From IMG/VR virus record IMGVR_UViG_3300030098_005070: DNA of 36,111 nt; one strand, written 5' to 3'. Positions 28,956 to 36,111 of the stretch are shown one piece after another; within the stretch, counting starts at the first letter, position 1; each line of letters begins with the position of its first letter. Made by a program: the position numbers and the translations under genes. This stretch comes from an uncultured virus (IMG/VR IMGVR_UViG_3300030098_005070) (Duplodnaviria; Heunggongvirae; Uroviricota; Caudoviricetes). The notes beneath the pieces were generated by a model, which saw only the letters and a list, made by a program, of their open reading frames with translations, was not told where the DNA came from and did no database searches.

Positions 28956-29497
28956 TGAATAAATTATGGAAACAAGAAAGACTAACAGATGAATGGCCGA
29001 AGGAATGCTCAACTGATTTCTTAACAGGCAAAGCAAAGATGCTGGCTGATGGTATCAGAGATATAATAGATGAAAACTTACATCTAAGACCTACAATAAG
29101 CACTGCTCAGTATGATGATGTTCCTTCTGATGAAAGACTAGCAGAGATGAACAGAGAGACAAGTAGCATGGGACTTGGTACATTCACCAAAGAAGAAATG
29201 ACAACAAGAAAAGGAGAGACTATGGAGAACCACATAGATTGTAGTGGCCCTCTCTTTGCTCAAACAGTATCATCTTGTTACTCAGTATCTTTTGATGATG
29301 AACTACGAACAGTAGAATCCGGTGGGTTGTTTGCTATTACTTATGACGGTGGTATTCTTTGGGACTTCCTATCTTGTGATAGCGAAGGGTCTTGGGGTAC
29401 TGATGGTACAAGAAGTAAGATTGAGAAGTTCGTTGAGTCTCATGGTTGTTACATTGAAGACTTTACTAACTGGGCTATGGTAGTAGTTGAGGAGTGA
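28952..29497 (+). CDS. Hypothetical acidic protein
   Basis: 181 aa, coupled. Confidence 0.7.
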   Translation: MMNKLWKQERLTDEWPKECSTDFLTGKAKMLADGIRDIIDENLHLRPTISTAQYDDVPSDERLAEMNRETSSMGLGTFTKEEMTTRKGETMENHIDCSGPLFAQTVSSCYSVSFDDELRTVESGGLFAITYDGGILWDFLSCDSEGSWGTDGTRSKIEKFVESHGCYIEDFTNWAMVVVEE

Positions 29498-29589
29498 TGA
29501 ACAATGAATAGAGAAGAGGTATACGAATTACTGTGGGAAGCGACAAGGTTCACTCACACACAAAGCGAAATGTTAGGACCGAGGTGGTG

Positions 29590-29784
29590 ATGATGAGTGA
29601 ACAATTAGATATAGACCCATACGACTATCCTGATTATTATTTCAGATTGTATAATGAAAACCCTACATGGCTTGAAGGATATGTACAAGGAATGCGTCAT
29701 GCTTTACAACTGAACAAAGGTGACGCTGAGTACTTTGTAGACACACTAGCAAGTATAATTGAGGTGGAGAAAGATGGTGAGTAA
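29590..29784 (+). CDS. Hypothetical protein
   Basis: Start placed at ATG 29590/29593 after GAGGTGGTG. Confidence 0.6.
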   Translation: MMSEQLDIDPYDYPDYYFRLYNENPTWLEGYVQGMRHALQLNKGDAEYFVDTLASIIEVEKDGE

Positions 29785-29893
29785 AAGTAAAGCAGCAAGA
29801 ATAGCAAGAAGAAAAGGAAAGACTGAGCGTAAGGCTGAAAGAAGAAAGTTAGCATACGCTGAAAAGAGAAACAACAGTGGAAGTAAGTGGTGA
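29774..29893 (+). CDS. 39-aa basic microprotein
   Basis: MVSKSKAARIARRKGKTERKAERRKLAYAEKRNNSGSKW; GAGGTGG RBS. Confidence 0.55.
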   Translation: MVSKSKAARIARRKGKTERKAERRKLAYAEKRNNSGSKW

Positions 29894-29899
29894 TGAAAG

Positions 29900-30253
29900 A
29901 TGGGTATAGGAAATATAATTGATAGAATTGATAGAGAAGCAAAGGAAAACAAGATAAACAAAAGAGACAAAAGAATGGTGGCTTGGAATGCCCACACAAC
30001 AGATGAGGTTGGAGTCATTTGGTGTATGGTTATTGAAGACGAGGCTGGCTACAGACCAATGACTGGTAGAGGAGAACTAAGTACTCCTTGGTACTTGGCT
30101 CGTCTTGCTGACCACACTGATGAGGATGGTAAGGTAAACTACACATCTTTGTGGGCTGCTGCCGAAGAAGTTGTTGACATTTACAATGAGGAACAAGGTA
30201 TCTCAAGGAGAGAGGCAATGGAGATAGTAGCATCTTCAATGAGGTTAGGTTGA
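29900..30253 (+). CDS. Hypothetical protein
   Basis: 117 aa; GGTGAT RBS. Confidence 0.7.
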   Translation: MGIGNIIDRIDREAKENKINKRDKRMVAWNAHTTDEVGVIWCMVIEDEAGYRPMTGRGELSTPWYLARLADHTDEDGKVNYTSLWAAAEEVVDIYNEEQGISRREAMEIVASSMRLG

Positions 30254-30266
30254 AGGAGGAATAAAT

Positions 30267-30848
30267 ATGGCATTGATAGTAGGAATAAAAGAAGGACATG
30301 AAAATTTTACAGAAGAAGAGAACGAACTAATCAGAAGTTTTGAGATGGCGATGATTGCTTTGAACGCTGGTGTCGGCACTATTGATAACCCCAACAGGAG
30401 TCATCTAATCTCTGTTGAAGAAGCAACAGATAGATTCAACATGGTGTTAGATAATTTCGGCTTTACAACTATACCAAAGTTTGAGCAAGAGTTTGTACAA
30501 AGACTTGCAGACAATGACTGGAGTTGTAATGTTGGTAACGAGACTACTGCTTGGTTTGTATTTAGGTTGGCTCACAGTTCAATAATGGTAGATGCACCAA
30601 GTAGTATCAAAGATAATCTTGACTATGATTTCTTCCCTAAGAGTTACAACATGATAAGAGACTACAAGAAATTAGTTGGTAGATTGCTTCACCCTAATTG
30701 GAAAGAATACGATAACACCGAACTCATTGACAATTTTACTTTCCCTAACAGTTGGTATAAGGGTGAGTTCTTTGATGGAAAGTATCTTGCTTGGGATATG
30801 GATAATGACCGATACTATCTAGCAGATGAAGAACAGGAGGAGTACTGA
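30267..30848 (+). CDS. Hypothetical protein
   Basis: 193 aa; GGAGG RBS. Confidence 0.75.
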   Translation: MALIVGIKEGHENFTEEENELIRSFEMAMIALNAGVGTIDNPNRSHLISVEEATDRFNMVLDNFGFTTIPKFEQEFVQRLADNDWSCNVGNETTAWFVFRLAHSSIMVDAPSSIKDNLDYDFFPKSYNMIRDYKKLVGRLLHPNWKEYDNTELIDNFTFPNSWYKGEFFDGKYLAWDMDNDRYYLADEEQEEY

Positions 30849-31817
30849 ATGAGTTACGGAACATCAGGATATCAAGAAAGTTACAGATTCCGTGATTACC
30901 GTTCTGAAGAATGGGCAGAGGATAGTAAACTAAAGTTTGAAACAATTAACATAGGAAAGAAAACTATTGATACTGCATTAGAAAAACCAACATGGGTTTG
31001 GGATGAAAATGCTGAGTGTATTAAAAATCCTACTGACTCTCAGATAAGAAAGTATTGGATTGAAAAGGTTTGTGAGTTAGGTGAGAATGAAATAACATTA
31101 CTTCTTGAATTGTTACCACAATTTGTAGGAGACTATCTATACACTTGGGATGGAAAGTGGGGAGAGTACAATCCTTATCTCATGGTGGCAAAGCAACAAA
31201 AGACAACATACCCAAGAAATTGGACATGGAGGCCAAGAGGTATCACTTCCACAAGAGCCGGCAATGCTTTCTTGTTTAGAATGGATAGAGTAGCAGAGGC
31301 GATTGAGATAGTTACCGAAGCCCAAACAAGACTAGGCGACTATGAGGATAATATAGAGTACGAAGAACACCTTTCGTCTATAACTACTTGGACAAAAAAT
31401 AATCAAAACCTACCTAAGTATCATGAGTATCATCATGATAAATCTGTTACAGACATTAGAAATTTAATTGCTAAGTCTCTAAAGAATAATTTCAAACAAG
31501 GTAGGGATGACCCTTTCAATGACCTCGGCTCATTTAAGTGGACAGATTATGTTACAGTTCTAGACCATGACACCATCATAACTGAGAAGGAATGGAAGGA
31601 CTCCGACTATCTGAGTGTGGGTAAAGGATGGGCGCATAAGAAAATTCACTTAGATGAATTACATCCAAAGATTACACAAGAGATGAAAGATGAGTACAGA
31701 AAGTCTGTGACTGAAGCATATCAAAGATATGTAGAACTATCTAGGATATGGATAGAGGCTTGGCGACCATACATGAAGTATGCTGTCATGGACCAACGTT
31801 TGCTACAGTTCAATTGA
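30849..31817 (+). CDS. Hypothetical protein
   Basis: 322 aa, Trp/Tyr-rich. Confidence 0.8.
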   Translation: MSYGTSGYQESYRFRDYRSEEWAEDSKLKFETINIGKKTIDTALEKPTWVWDENAECIKNPTDSQIRKYWIEKVCELGENEITLLLELLPQFVGDYLYTWDGKWGEYNPYLMVAKQQKTTYPRNWTWRPRGITSTRAGNAFLFRMDRVAEAIEIVTEAQTRLGDYEDNIEYEEHLSSITTWTKNNQNLPKYHEYHHDKSVTDIRNLIAKSLKNNFKQGRDDPFNDLGSFKWTDYVTVLDHDTIITEKEWKDSDYLSVGKGWAHKKIHLDELHPKITQEMKDEYRKSVTEAYQRYVELSRIWIEAWRPYMKYAVMDQRLLQFN

Positions 31818-31913
31818 TTATCAGATTGATGCGACCCTTAGTGTGGGGTAGGTATAGAATGCCCACCTCATACGAGGGTCATCAAAAGATGATAGTCGTT
31901 TTTGGTGGTTAAT

Positions 31914-32036
31914 ATGAAAGAAAGAAGAGTATGCAGTAAATGTAAAAACAAAAGGCGTATTTGGTTTAGTGGTATAATGAACGATAAACAAGTACAGTTT
32001 TGTAAAGAATGTAGTATTGAAACCCTAATGGAGTGA
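31914..32036 (+). CDS. 40-aa Zn-finger microprotein
   Basis: MKERRVCSKC...FCKEC; GGTGG RBS. Confidence 0.6.
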   Translation: MKERRVCSKCKNKRRIWFSGIMNDKQVQFCKECSIETLME

Positions 32037-32440
32037 AAAAAATGTATAAAATTAAGATGATAAACGGAAAACCTGACTATGAAACGGAATACCCATGCAC
32101 TATTGATGATGATAATATCATGCACTATCGTGGGTTCAGCACATTCCCTGATTACTCTGAGATGTGGGGTGATGAGATTGATAGTATTAGCACATTCGTT
32201 TGTCGAACTATTGACCTAAATGAAGCCAAAGCAAAGAAGCCGAAAGGTTGGAGTGTCAGGGGTTGCCGACACCCAATGCAAGGTGATGAGAAGGGCTACA
32301 AACAACGCCCATACTTCTTTGTTCCTGCAACTGATAGGTTCATCGCTGAAAGAGAACAGTACCTTGCTGACTCAGACCTTTCTGATGAAGAAAAAGATGT
32401 AGTTCGTACACTTTGGGAATCATATGGTTGGTATGCTTAA
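32033..32440 (+). CDS. Hypothetical protein
   Basis: 135-aa ORF; start may be ATG 32042. Confidence 0.7.
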   Translation: MKKMYKIKMINGKPDYETEYPCTIDDDNIMHYRGFSTFPDYSEMWGDEIDSISTFVCRTIDLNEAKAKKPKGWSVRGCRHPMQGDEKGYKQRPYFFVPATDRFIAEREQYLADSDLSDEEKDVVRTLWESYGWYA

Positions 32441-32454
32441 AATTGCAGATTTTG

Positions 32455-32484
32455 AGTTGGGGTACTTAAAGGAAACAACAATTG
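32455..32484 (+). promoter_or_regulatory. Early promoter-like repeat, copy 3
   Basis: AGTTGGGGTACTTAAAGGAAACAACAATTG. Confidence 0.75.
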
Positions 32485-32496
32485 AGGATGAGAAGG

Positions 32497-32589
32497 ATGA
32501 GTAAAACAAGAAAATGTAATGATGAATGTGAATGTGAATGCCACGATGTAGGGGCAGTTGGTTGTATTCACTGTATTGAATGGTTGTGA
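32497..32589 (+). CDS. 30-aa Cys-rich microprotein
   Basis: MSKTRKCNDECECECHDVGAVGCIHCIEWL directly after promoter copy 3. Confidence 0.5.
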   Translation: MSKTRKCNDECECECHDVGAVGCIHCIEWL

Positions 32590-32593
32590 TACA

Positions 32594-32965
32594 ATGAAGA
32601 ATCATCTAAATGTAAAAGAATATGTCTTTGAAATTGAAGAACTCCCTTTAGAAGTATGGAAACAATGTAAAGTAAACACTGCTAGTAGTACAGGAACTGA
32701 TTATTGTGGAAAATGTCCAACTAAAGATAATAATAAGGCTAAGTTATATTTGGCTAACGAGGAATGGGTTGATACTAAAAGAAAAAGAGGTGCAAACAGA
32801 AGGTTTAACGTTAGAATTTATTATCATTGTTGTGGTAGAACTCTTCGGATTGTATTTCCATTAGCAAAACCCAAACATGGTTTTAATGAATGGGATATGC
32901 ATTGTGATTTATGGAAATCTCTCATAGAAAATAAAGAGCCATTTAATTCCCAAATCTTTGTTTAA
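32594..32965 (+). CDS. Hypothetical Cys-containing protein
   Basis: Start placed at ATG 32594; CGKC...CCG. Confidence 0.65.
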   Translation: MKNHLNVKEYVFEIEELPLEVWKQCKVNTASSTGTDYCGKCPTKDNNKAKLYLANEEWVDTKRKRGANRRFNVRIYYHCCGRTLRIVFPLAKPKHGFNEWDMHCDLWKSLIENKEPFNSQIFV

Positions 32966-32979
32966 GGAAACAATAATTG

Positions 32980-33009
32980 AGTTGGGGTATTTAAAGGAAA
33001 CAACAATTG
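32980..33009 (+). promoter_or_regulatory. Early promoter-like repeat, copy 4
   Basis: AGTTGGGGTATTTAAAGGAAACAACAATTG, preceded by a partial copy at 32961-32979. Confidence 0.75.
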
Positions 33010-33037
33010 AGGACGAGAAAAACAACGGTGGTAAAAA

Positions 33038-33211
33038 ATGACAAAGAAAACATACACAGTAAGTATAACTTACGTAGGAGAAGTAGAAGCAGAAGATGAA
33101 GACGAACTTGAAGAATCACTATATGTGGTGCATACTGGTATATTCGGAGAACCATATGATGGGTTTCCGTTAGAAGCAGAACAAGTAGAGATAGAAGAAG
33201 TGGAGGAATAA
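33038..33211 (+). CDS. 57-aa acidic protein
   Basis: Hand-translated MTKKTYTVSITYVGEVEAEDEDEL...; GGTGG RBS. Confidence 0.65.
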   Translation: MTKKTYTVSITYVGEVEAEDEDELEESLYVVHTGIFGEPYDGFPLEAEQVEIEEVEE

Positions 33212-33405
33212 ATAATGTGTGGTAGTGAAGGTTTTACAAAAGAAGAAATTTTACAAATAATGAAAGAAAAGGAAAGAGAGATTGGTGATTGAATGAATGA
33301 AGATGTGAAGGATATAGAAATAATTTCTTCAAAAAGATGGAAAGATTTACTCGTTAAAATAACATTTGCTGACGGAGAAATTTTTCAAGGTTGGGTGGAA
33401 AAACA

Positions 33406-33552
33406 ATGAGCAGTGAAAAATGTAGGTACTGTGATGAAAAAGCAGAATACGAAGAAACAGTATGGGCAGATATATTTTGGTGTAGTAGTTGTGAAACTGA
33501 CGCTGCATGGGAAATATACAATGGAGTAGCAGAAAAAATAATGGAGGAATAA
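33406..33552 (+). CDS. 48-aa Zn-finger microprotein
   Basis: MSSEKCRYC...WCSSC...; coupled to neighbours. Confidence 0.6.
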   Translation: MSSEKCRYCDEKAEYEETVWADIFWCSSCETDAAWEIYNGVAEKIMEE

Positions 33553-33554
33553 AT

Positions 33555-33821
33555 ATGGTAACAAAAGAACAATGGGTAGATAAAACGAGAAAAGTGATGC
33601 AGTTTGGAGACAACGCTTCATCAGGTGAAAGGGCTGCTCACAAAGGACTACCTATGTTGTATAACGCTCTAGTAACACTTAGTTCACTAGACCCACACCA
33701 TAGGGACGAGGTTGTAAACATGGTAGTAAAATGGAAAGATGTGGGAAGTTCAGAACATATTTGGGGTATAGTACGAGAGATGTATAATGTAGAAGCAGAA
33801 TATAATGAAATGGAGGAATAA
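33555..33821 (+). CDS. Hypothetical protein
   Basis: Start placed at ATG 33555 after GGAGG. Confidence 0.7.
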   Translation: MVTKEQWVDKTRKVMQFGDNASSGERAAHKGLPMLYNALVTLSSLDPHHRDEVVNMVVKWKDVGSSEHIWGIVREMYNVEAEYNEMEE

Positions 33822-33823
33822 AT

Positions 33824-34846
33824 ATGCATAATTTAGCACAAACAAAAGACGGAAATTGGATGACAGCATGGAGTGGAGACACTCCTTGGCATGGTCTTGG
33901 TCAGTCAGCAGACGGACTAATGACCGGCACAGAAGCCTTAGAGATGGCTCACTTGGACTGGGAAGTTCAGAAGCGACCACTCTATACTTTGGCTGACGAT
34001 GGATATACACCATTGAGAGTACCGGATACCTTTGGGGTATTCAGACCTGATACAGATGGTGCATTAGTCCCTCTAACTCGTAAGGGTAAGAGTGTCGGAA
34101 GAGTATGGCAACCACTACAAAATGTAGATGCCTTCTCTTTCGTAGATGAATTGGTTCAAGACCAAGAAGCAAAGGTTGAGGTGGCTGGTGCTCTAGGGAA
34201 CGGAGAGAAGGTATGGATTCTAGCAAGGATGCCGAACTCTATTACAATTGAAGGTAAGGATGAGGTTCATCAATACCTTTTGATTAGTAATACTCACGAT
34301 GGTACTGGTTCAGTAAAGATACTTGAAACCCCAATCAGGGTTGTATGTCAGAACACATTGACTATGGCTCTAAGGGGAAGTAGTCAAGGGGTCGGACACA
34401 ACATTCGACACACTGGAAAAACTATGGAAAGAGTTGACCAAGCAAGAGAAGCAATGGGACTCGCCAACAAGAACTTCTACGAATGGGGAGAGATGGCTGC
34501 TGAACTATACAATACCGAAATGTCTGAGAAGGACATGAACTTATTCTTTATTGATACACTAGGTATCAAGAGAGATGAGGAAGGGAAGATTCACACTAGA
34601 GGTATGAACATTCTAAACCAAGCACATGAACTTCTATCTTCACCAACTAACAACGTTGGTGTAATGGATGGTTCGGTTTGGCAAGCATACAATGTTGTAA
34701 CTGAATTGGTTGACCACAAACTTACTACCCTCAAGGATGGTAAGAAGTCAGTTAAGAGACAGGAGTCAGCATTGTTTGGAGAACACTCACGAAAGAAGCA
34801 GAAGGCTTGGAAAGAAGCCGTTGCTTTTGCTAGGAAAGTAGCATAG
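33824..34846 (+). CDS. DUF932 family phage/plasmid protein (TIGR03299-like)
   Basis: PWHGLG, LDWEV, YLLISNTHDGTGS, TPIRVVCQNTL, RHT, WQAYNVVTE. Confidence 0.9.
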   Translation: MHNLAQTKDGNWMTAWSGDTPWHGLGQSADGLMTGTEALEMAHLDWEVQKRPLYTLADDGYTPLRVPDTFGVFRPDTDGALVPLTRKGKSVGRVWQPLQNVDAFSFVDELVQDQEAKVEVAGALGNGEKVWILARMPNSITIEGKDEVHQYLLISNTHDGTGSVKILETPIRVVCQNTLTMALRGSSQGVGHNIRHTGKTMERVDQAREAMGLANKNFYEWGEMAAELYNTEMSEKDMNLFFIDTLGIKRDEEGKIHTRGMNILNQAHELLSSPTNNVGVMDGSVWQAYNVVTELVDHKLTTLKDGKKSVKRQESALFGEHSRKKQKAWKEAVAFARKVA

Positions 34847-34995
34847 ATTTGTTGAGGTAGGTTTGCGAAGTAAAACGGATACTCACAACCTTGCTGGGCA
34901 AGTTAGGTTTGTTTGTTCATCACCAAAAACGCAAGTAGTTTTACATTCACTACTATCCGTTCCCTACTGAAACAAAAACTAAAGGAGAAATAAAT

Positions 34996-35187
34996 ATGAA
35001 AGATGAAAGAATAAGTTTTTTTTGGATTCAAACTAGCAGAACAGGAAGAAGTAATGCAACAATGAGTGCAGAAGAATATTTCAACAAAATAACAAGAAAT
35101 AATCAGGGTAATATAAAATTATTATCAGGTGATAAACTTATAGATTTTGATAATTATTTTGATAAATTAATGGAGGAAGAAGAATGA
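34996..35187 (+). CDS. Hypothetical protein
   Basis: AGGAG RBS; coupled. Confidence 0.6.
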   Translation: MKDERISFFWIQTSRTGRSNATMSAEEYFNKITRNNQGNIKLLSGDKLIDFDNYFDKLMEEEE

Positions 35188-35453
35188 CAGAAGAATATGA
35201 AGGAGACTGGCGACAGGATTGTAATGTAATTGGAGATTGGAATACAGAAGACGACTACCACTTCAGCGAAACAGTTTTGTGGAATGCTAGGAATGAAATT
35301 GACCCACCTTACGAAGGTTACATTATGTTTGCATCAAGTTGCCCTGATACAAATGTTCCACATTTAGTGAACGAATACGGAATAGACCCTGCTGATATAG
35401 CAGTGGTTTTTATCAGTGGTCACAAGACAGTGTGGTACAAACCGGAGGAATGA
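35184..35453 (+). CDS. Hypothetical acidic protein
   Basis: ATGA-coupled. Confidence 0.65.
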   Translation: MTEEYEGDWRQDCNVIGDWNTEDDYHFSETVLWNARNEIDPPYEGYIMFASSCPDTNVPHLVNEYGIDPADIAVVFISGHKTVWYKPEE

Positions 35454-35659
35454 ATATGGAAAAGAAATATACAGTAACAGAAAAAGAACTACGAGCGTTT
35501 TACGATGCAAATAAACGACCCATAGATGCTTTATGGGAGAGGCTATTGGAATACGAAGAAGAACATATTATTGAAAACCTATGGGATGATAACATCGGCT
35601 CATCATTTGTTTTTCTATTAGAAAGTTTGAGATTAAGAAATGGAGATGAAGAAGAATGA
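35450..35659 (+). CDS. Hypothetical protein
   Basis: Start placed at ATG 35450/35456. Confidence 0.65.
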   Translation: MNMEKKYTVTEKELRAFYDANKRPIDALWERLLEYEEEHIIENLWDDNIGSSFVFLLESLRLRNGDEEE

Positions 35660-35907
35660 GTCCGAGTGAGTATGTAGTGATGGTATGGGATGAGAAGCCA
35701 GTGGACTATCCTATGCTCGGCTGTGCCGATAGAGAACATAGCGTGGACACACTACCCGAAGCCATGAGATTGTATGAGGATATTCAGAAAGATGACATTA
35801 CAGGCCCAGTGTTTGCTATTGAATTGCATCACTACTACGAAGTAGATACGAAGGGATGGGAGTCTTCGTCAAACTGTCTGATATCATGGGAGGATGAGGA
35901 AGAATGA
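35656..35907 (+). CDS. Hypothetical acidic protein
   Basis: ATGA-coupled. Confidence 0.65.
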   Translation: MSPSEYVVMVWDEKPVDYPMLGCADREHSVDTLPEAMRLYEDIQKDDITGPVFAIELHHYYEVDTKGWESSSNCLISWEDEEE

Positions 35908-36083
35908 ATGAAGATTGGAAAGAGATTGTAGAGAAGGTATTAGATGCACAAGATGAGATGCAAGGCCAATTAACCGAAGGTGGTTTTTGTTTGAGTGATT
36001 TTAACAGACAAGAGCAAATTGAATGGCTCGTAGAGATTTTAGAAGATAATCCCGATTTCAAACAAGAAGGTGAAGAAGAATGA
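35904..36083 (+). CDS. 59-aa acidic protein
   Basis: Hand-translated MNEDWKEIVEK...GEEE; another ORF starts at 36080 and is truncated. Confidence 0.6.
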   Translation: MNEDWKEIVEKVLDAQDEMQGQLTEGGFCLSDFNRQEQIEWLVEILEDNPDFKQEGEEE

Positions 36084-36111
36084 GTAGAGGTATATTCAAC
36101 CAAGAACGCAC

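Noticed and set aside
25993..33009. 30-bp repeats as a CRISPR array
   Set aside because: Copies lie 0.5-5 kb apart, each before a gene; there are no regular spacers and no cas genes.
28114..34846. Integrated plasmid or ICE suggested by ArdA and DUF932
   Set aside because: No relaxase, integrase or conjugation genes; RBS style is the same as in the rest of the viral genome.
26600..36103. Minus-strand ORFs in the early block
   Set aside because: Shadows of tightly coupled plus-strand genes.

Overview
Segment of a tailed dsDNA virus genome (Caudoviricetes) with two divergent blocks meeting at a repeat-rich non-coding junction (~25.5-26.0 kb). The left, minus-strand block (1-25500) is late/morphogenetic. 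It holds a >1000-aa truncated ORF, small head-associated proteins, a probable portal, a LAGLIDADG-domain protein, terminase large subunit, a putative terminase small subunit, an Arf/Sar-like small GTPase among membrane proteins, an AbrB-like regulator and an HMG-CoA lyase. The right, plus-strand block (26040-36111) is early-type: short acidic ORFs including ArdA-like and DUF932 proteins, driven by four near-identical 30-bp TATA-type promoters. GGTGA/GGAGG ribosome-binding sites, TATA-like promoters and short leaders suggest an archaeal host; a magrovirus-like virus of marine Poseidoniales is my inference, not a database result. The most striking signal is a peptide tag, M-x(1-2)-[AP]-F-[DEN]-x-A-W-x(2-3)-[LI]-K, at the N-terminus of at least 10 otherwise unrelated late proteins, with further internal and C-terminal copies. 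It looks like a capsid-targeting/processing address for swappable cargo proteins. No tRNA, rRNA, CRISPR array or IS element was recognised.
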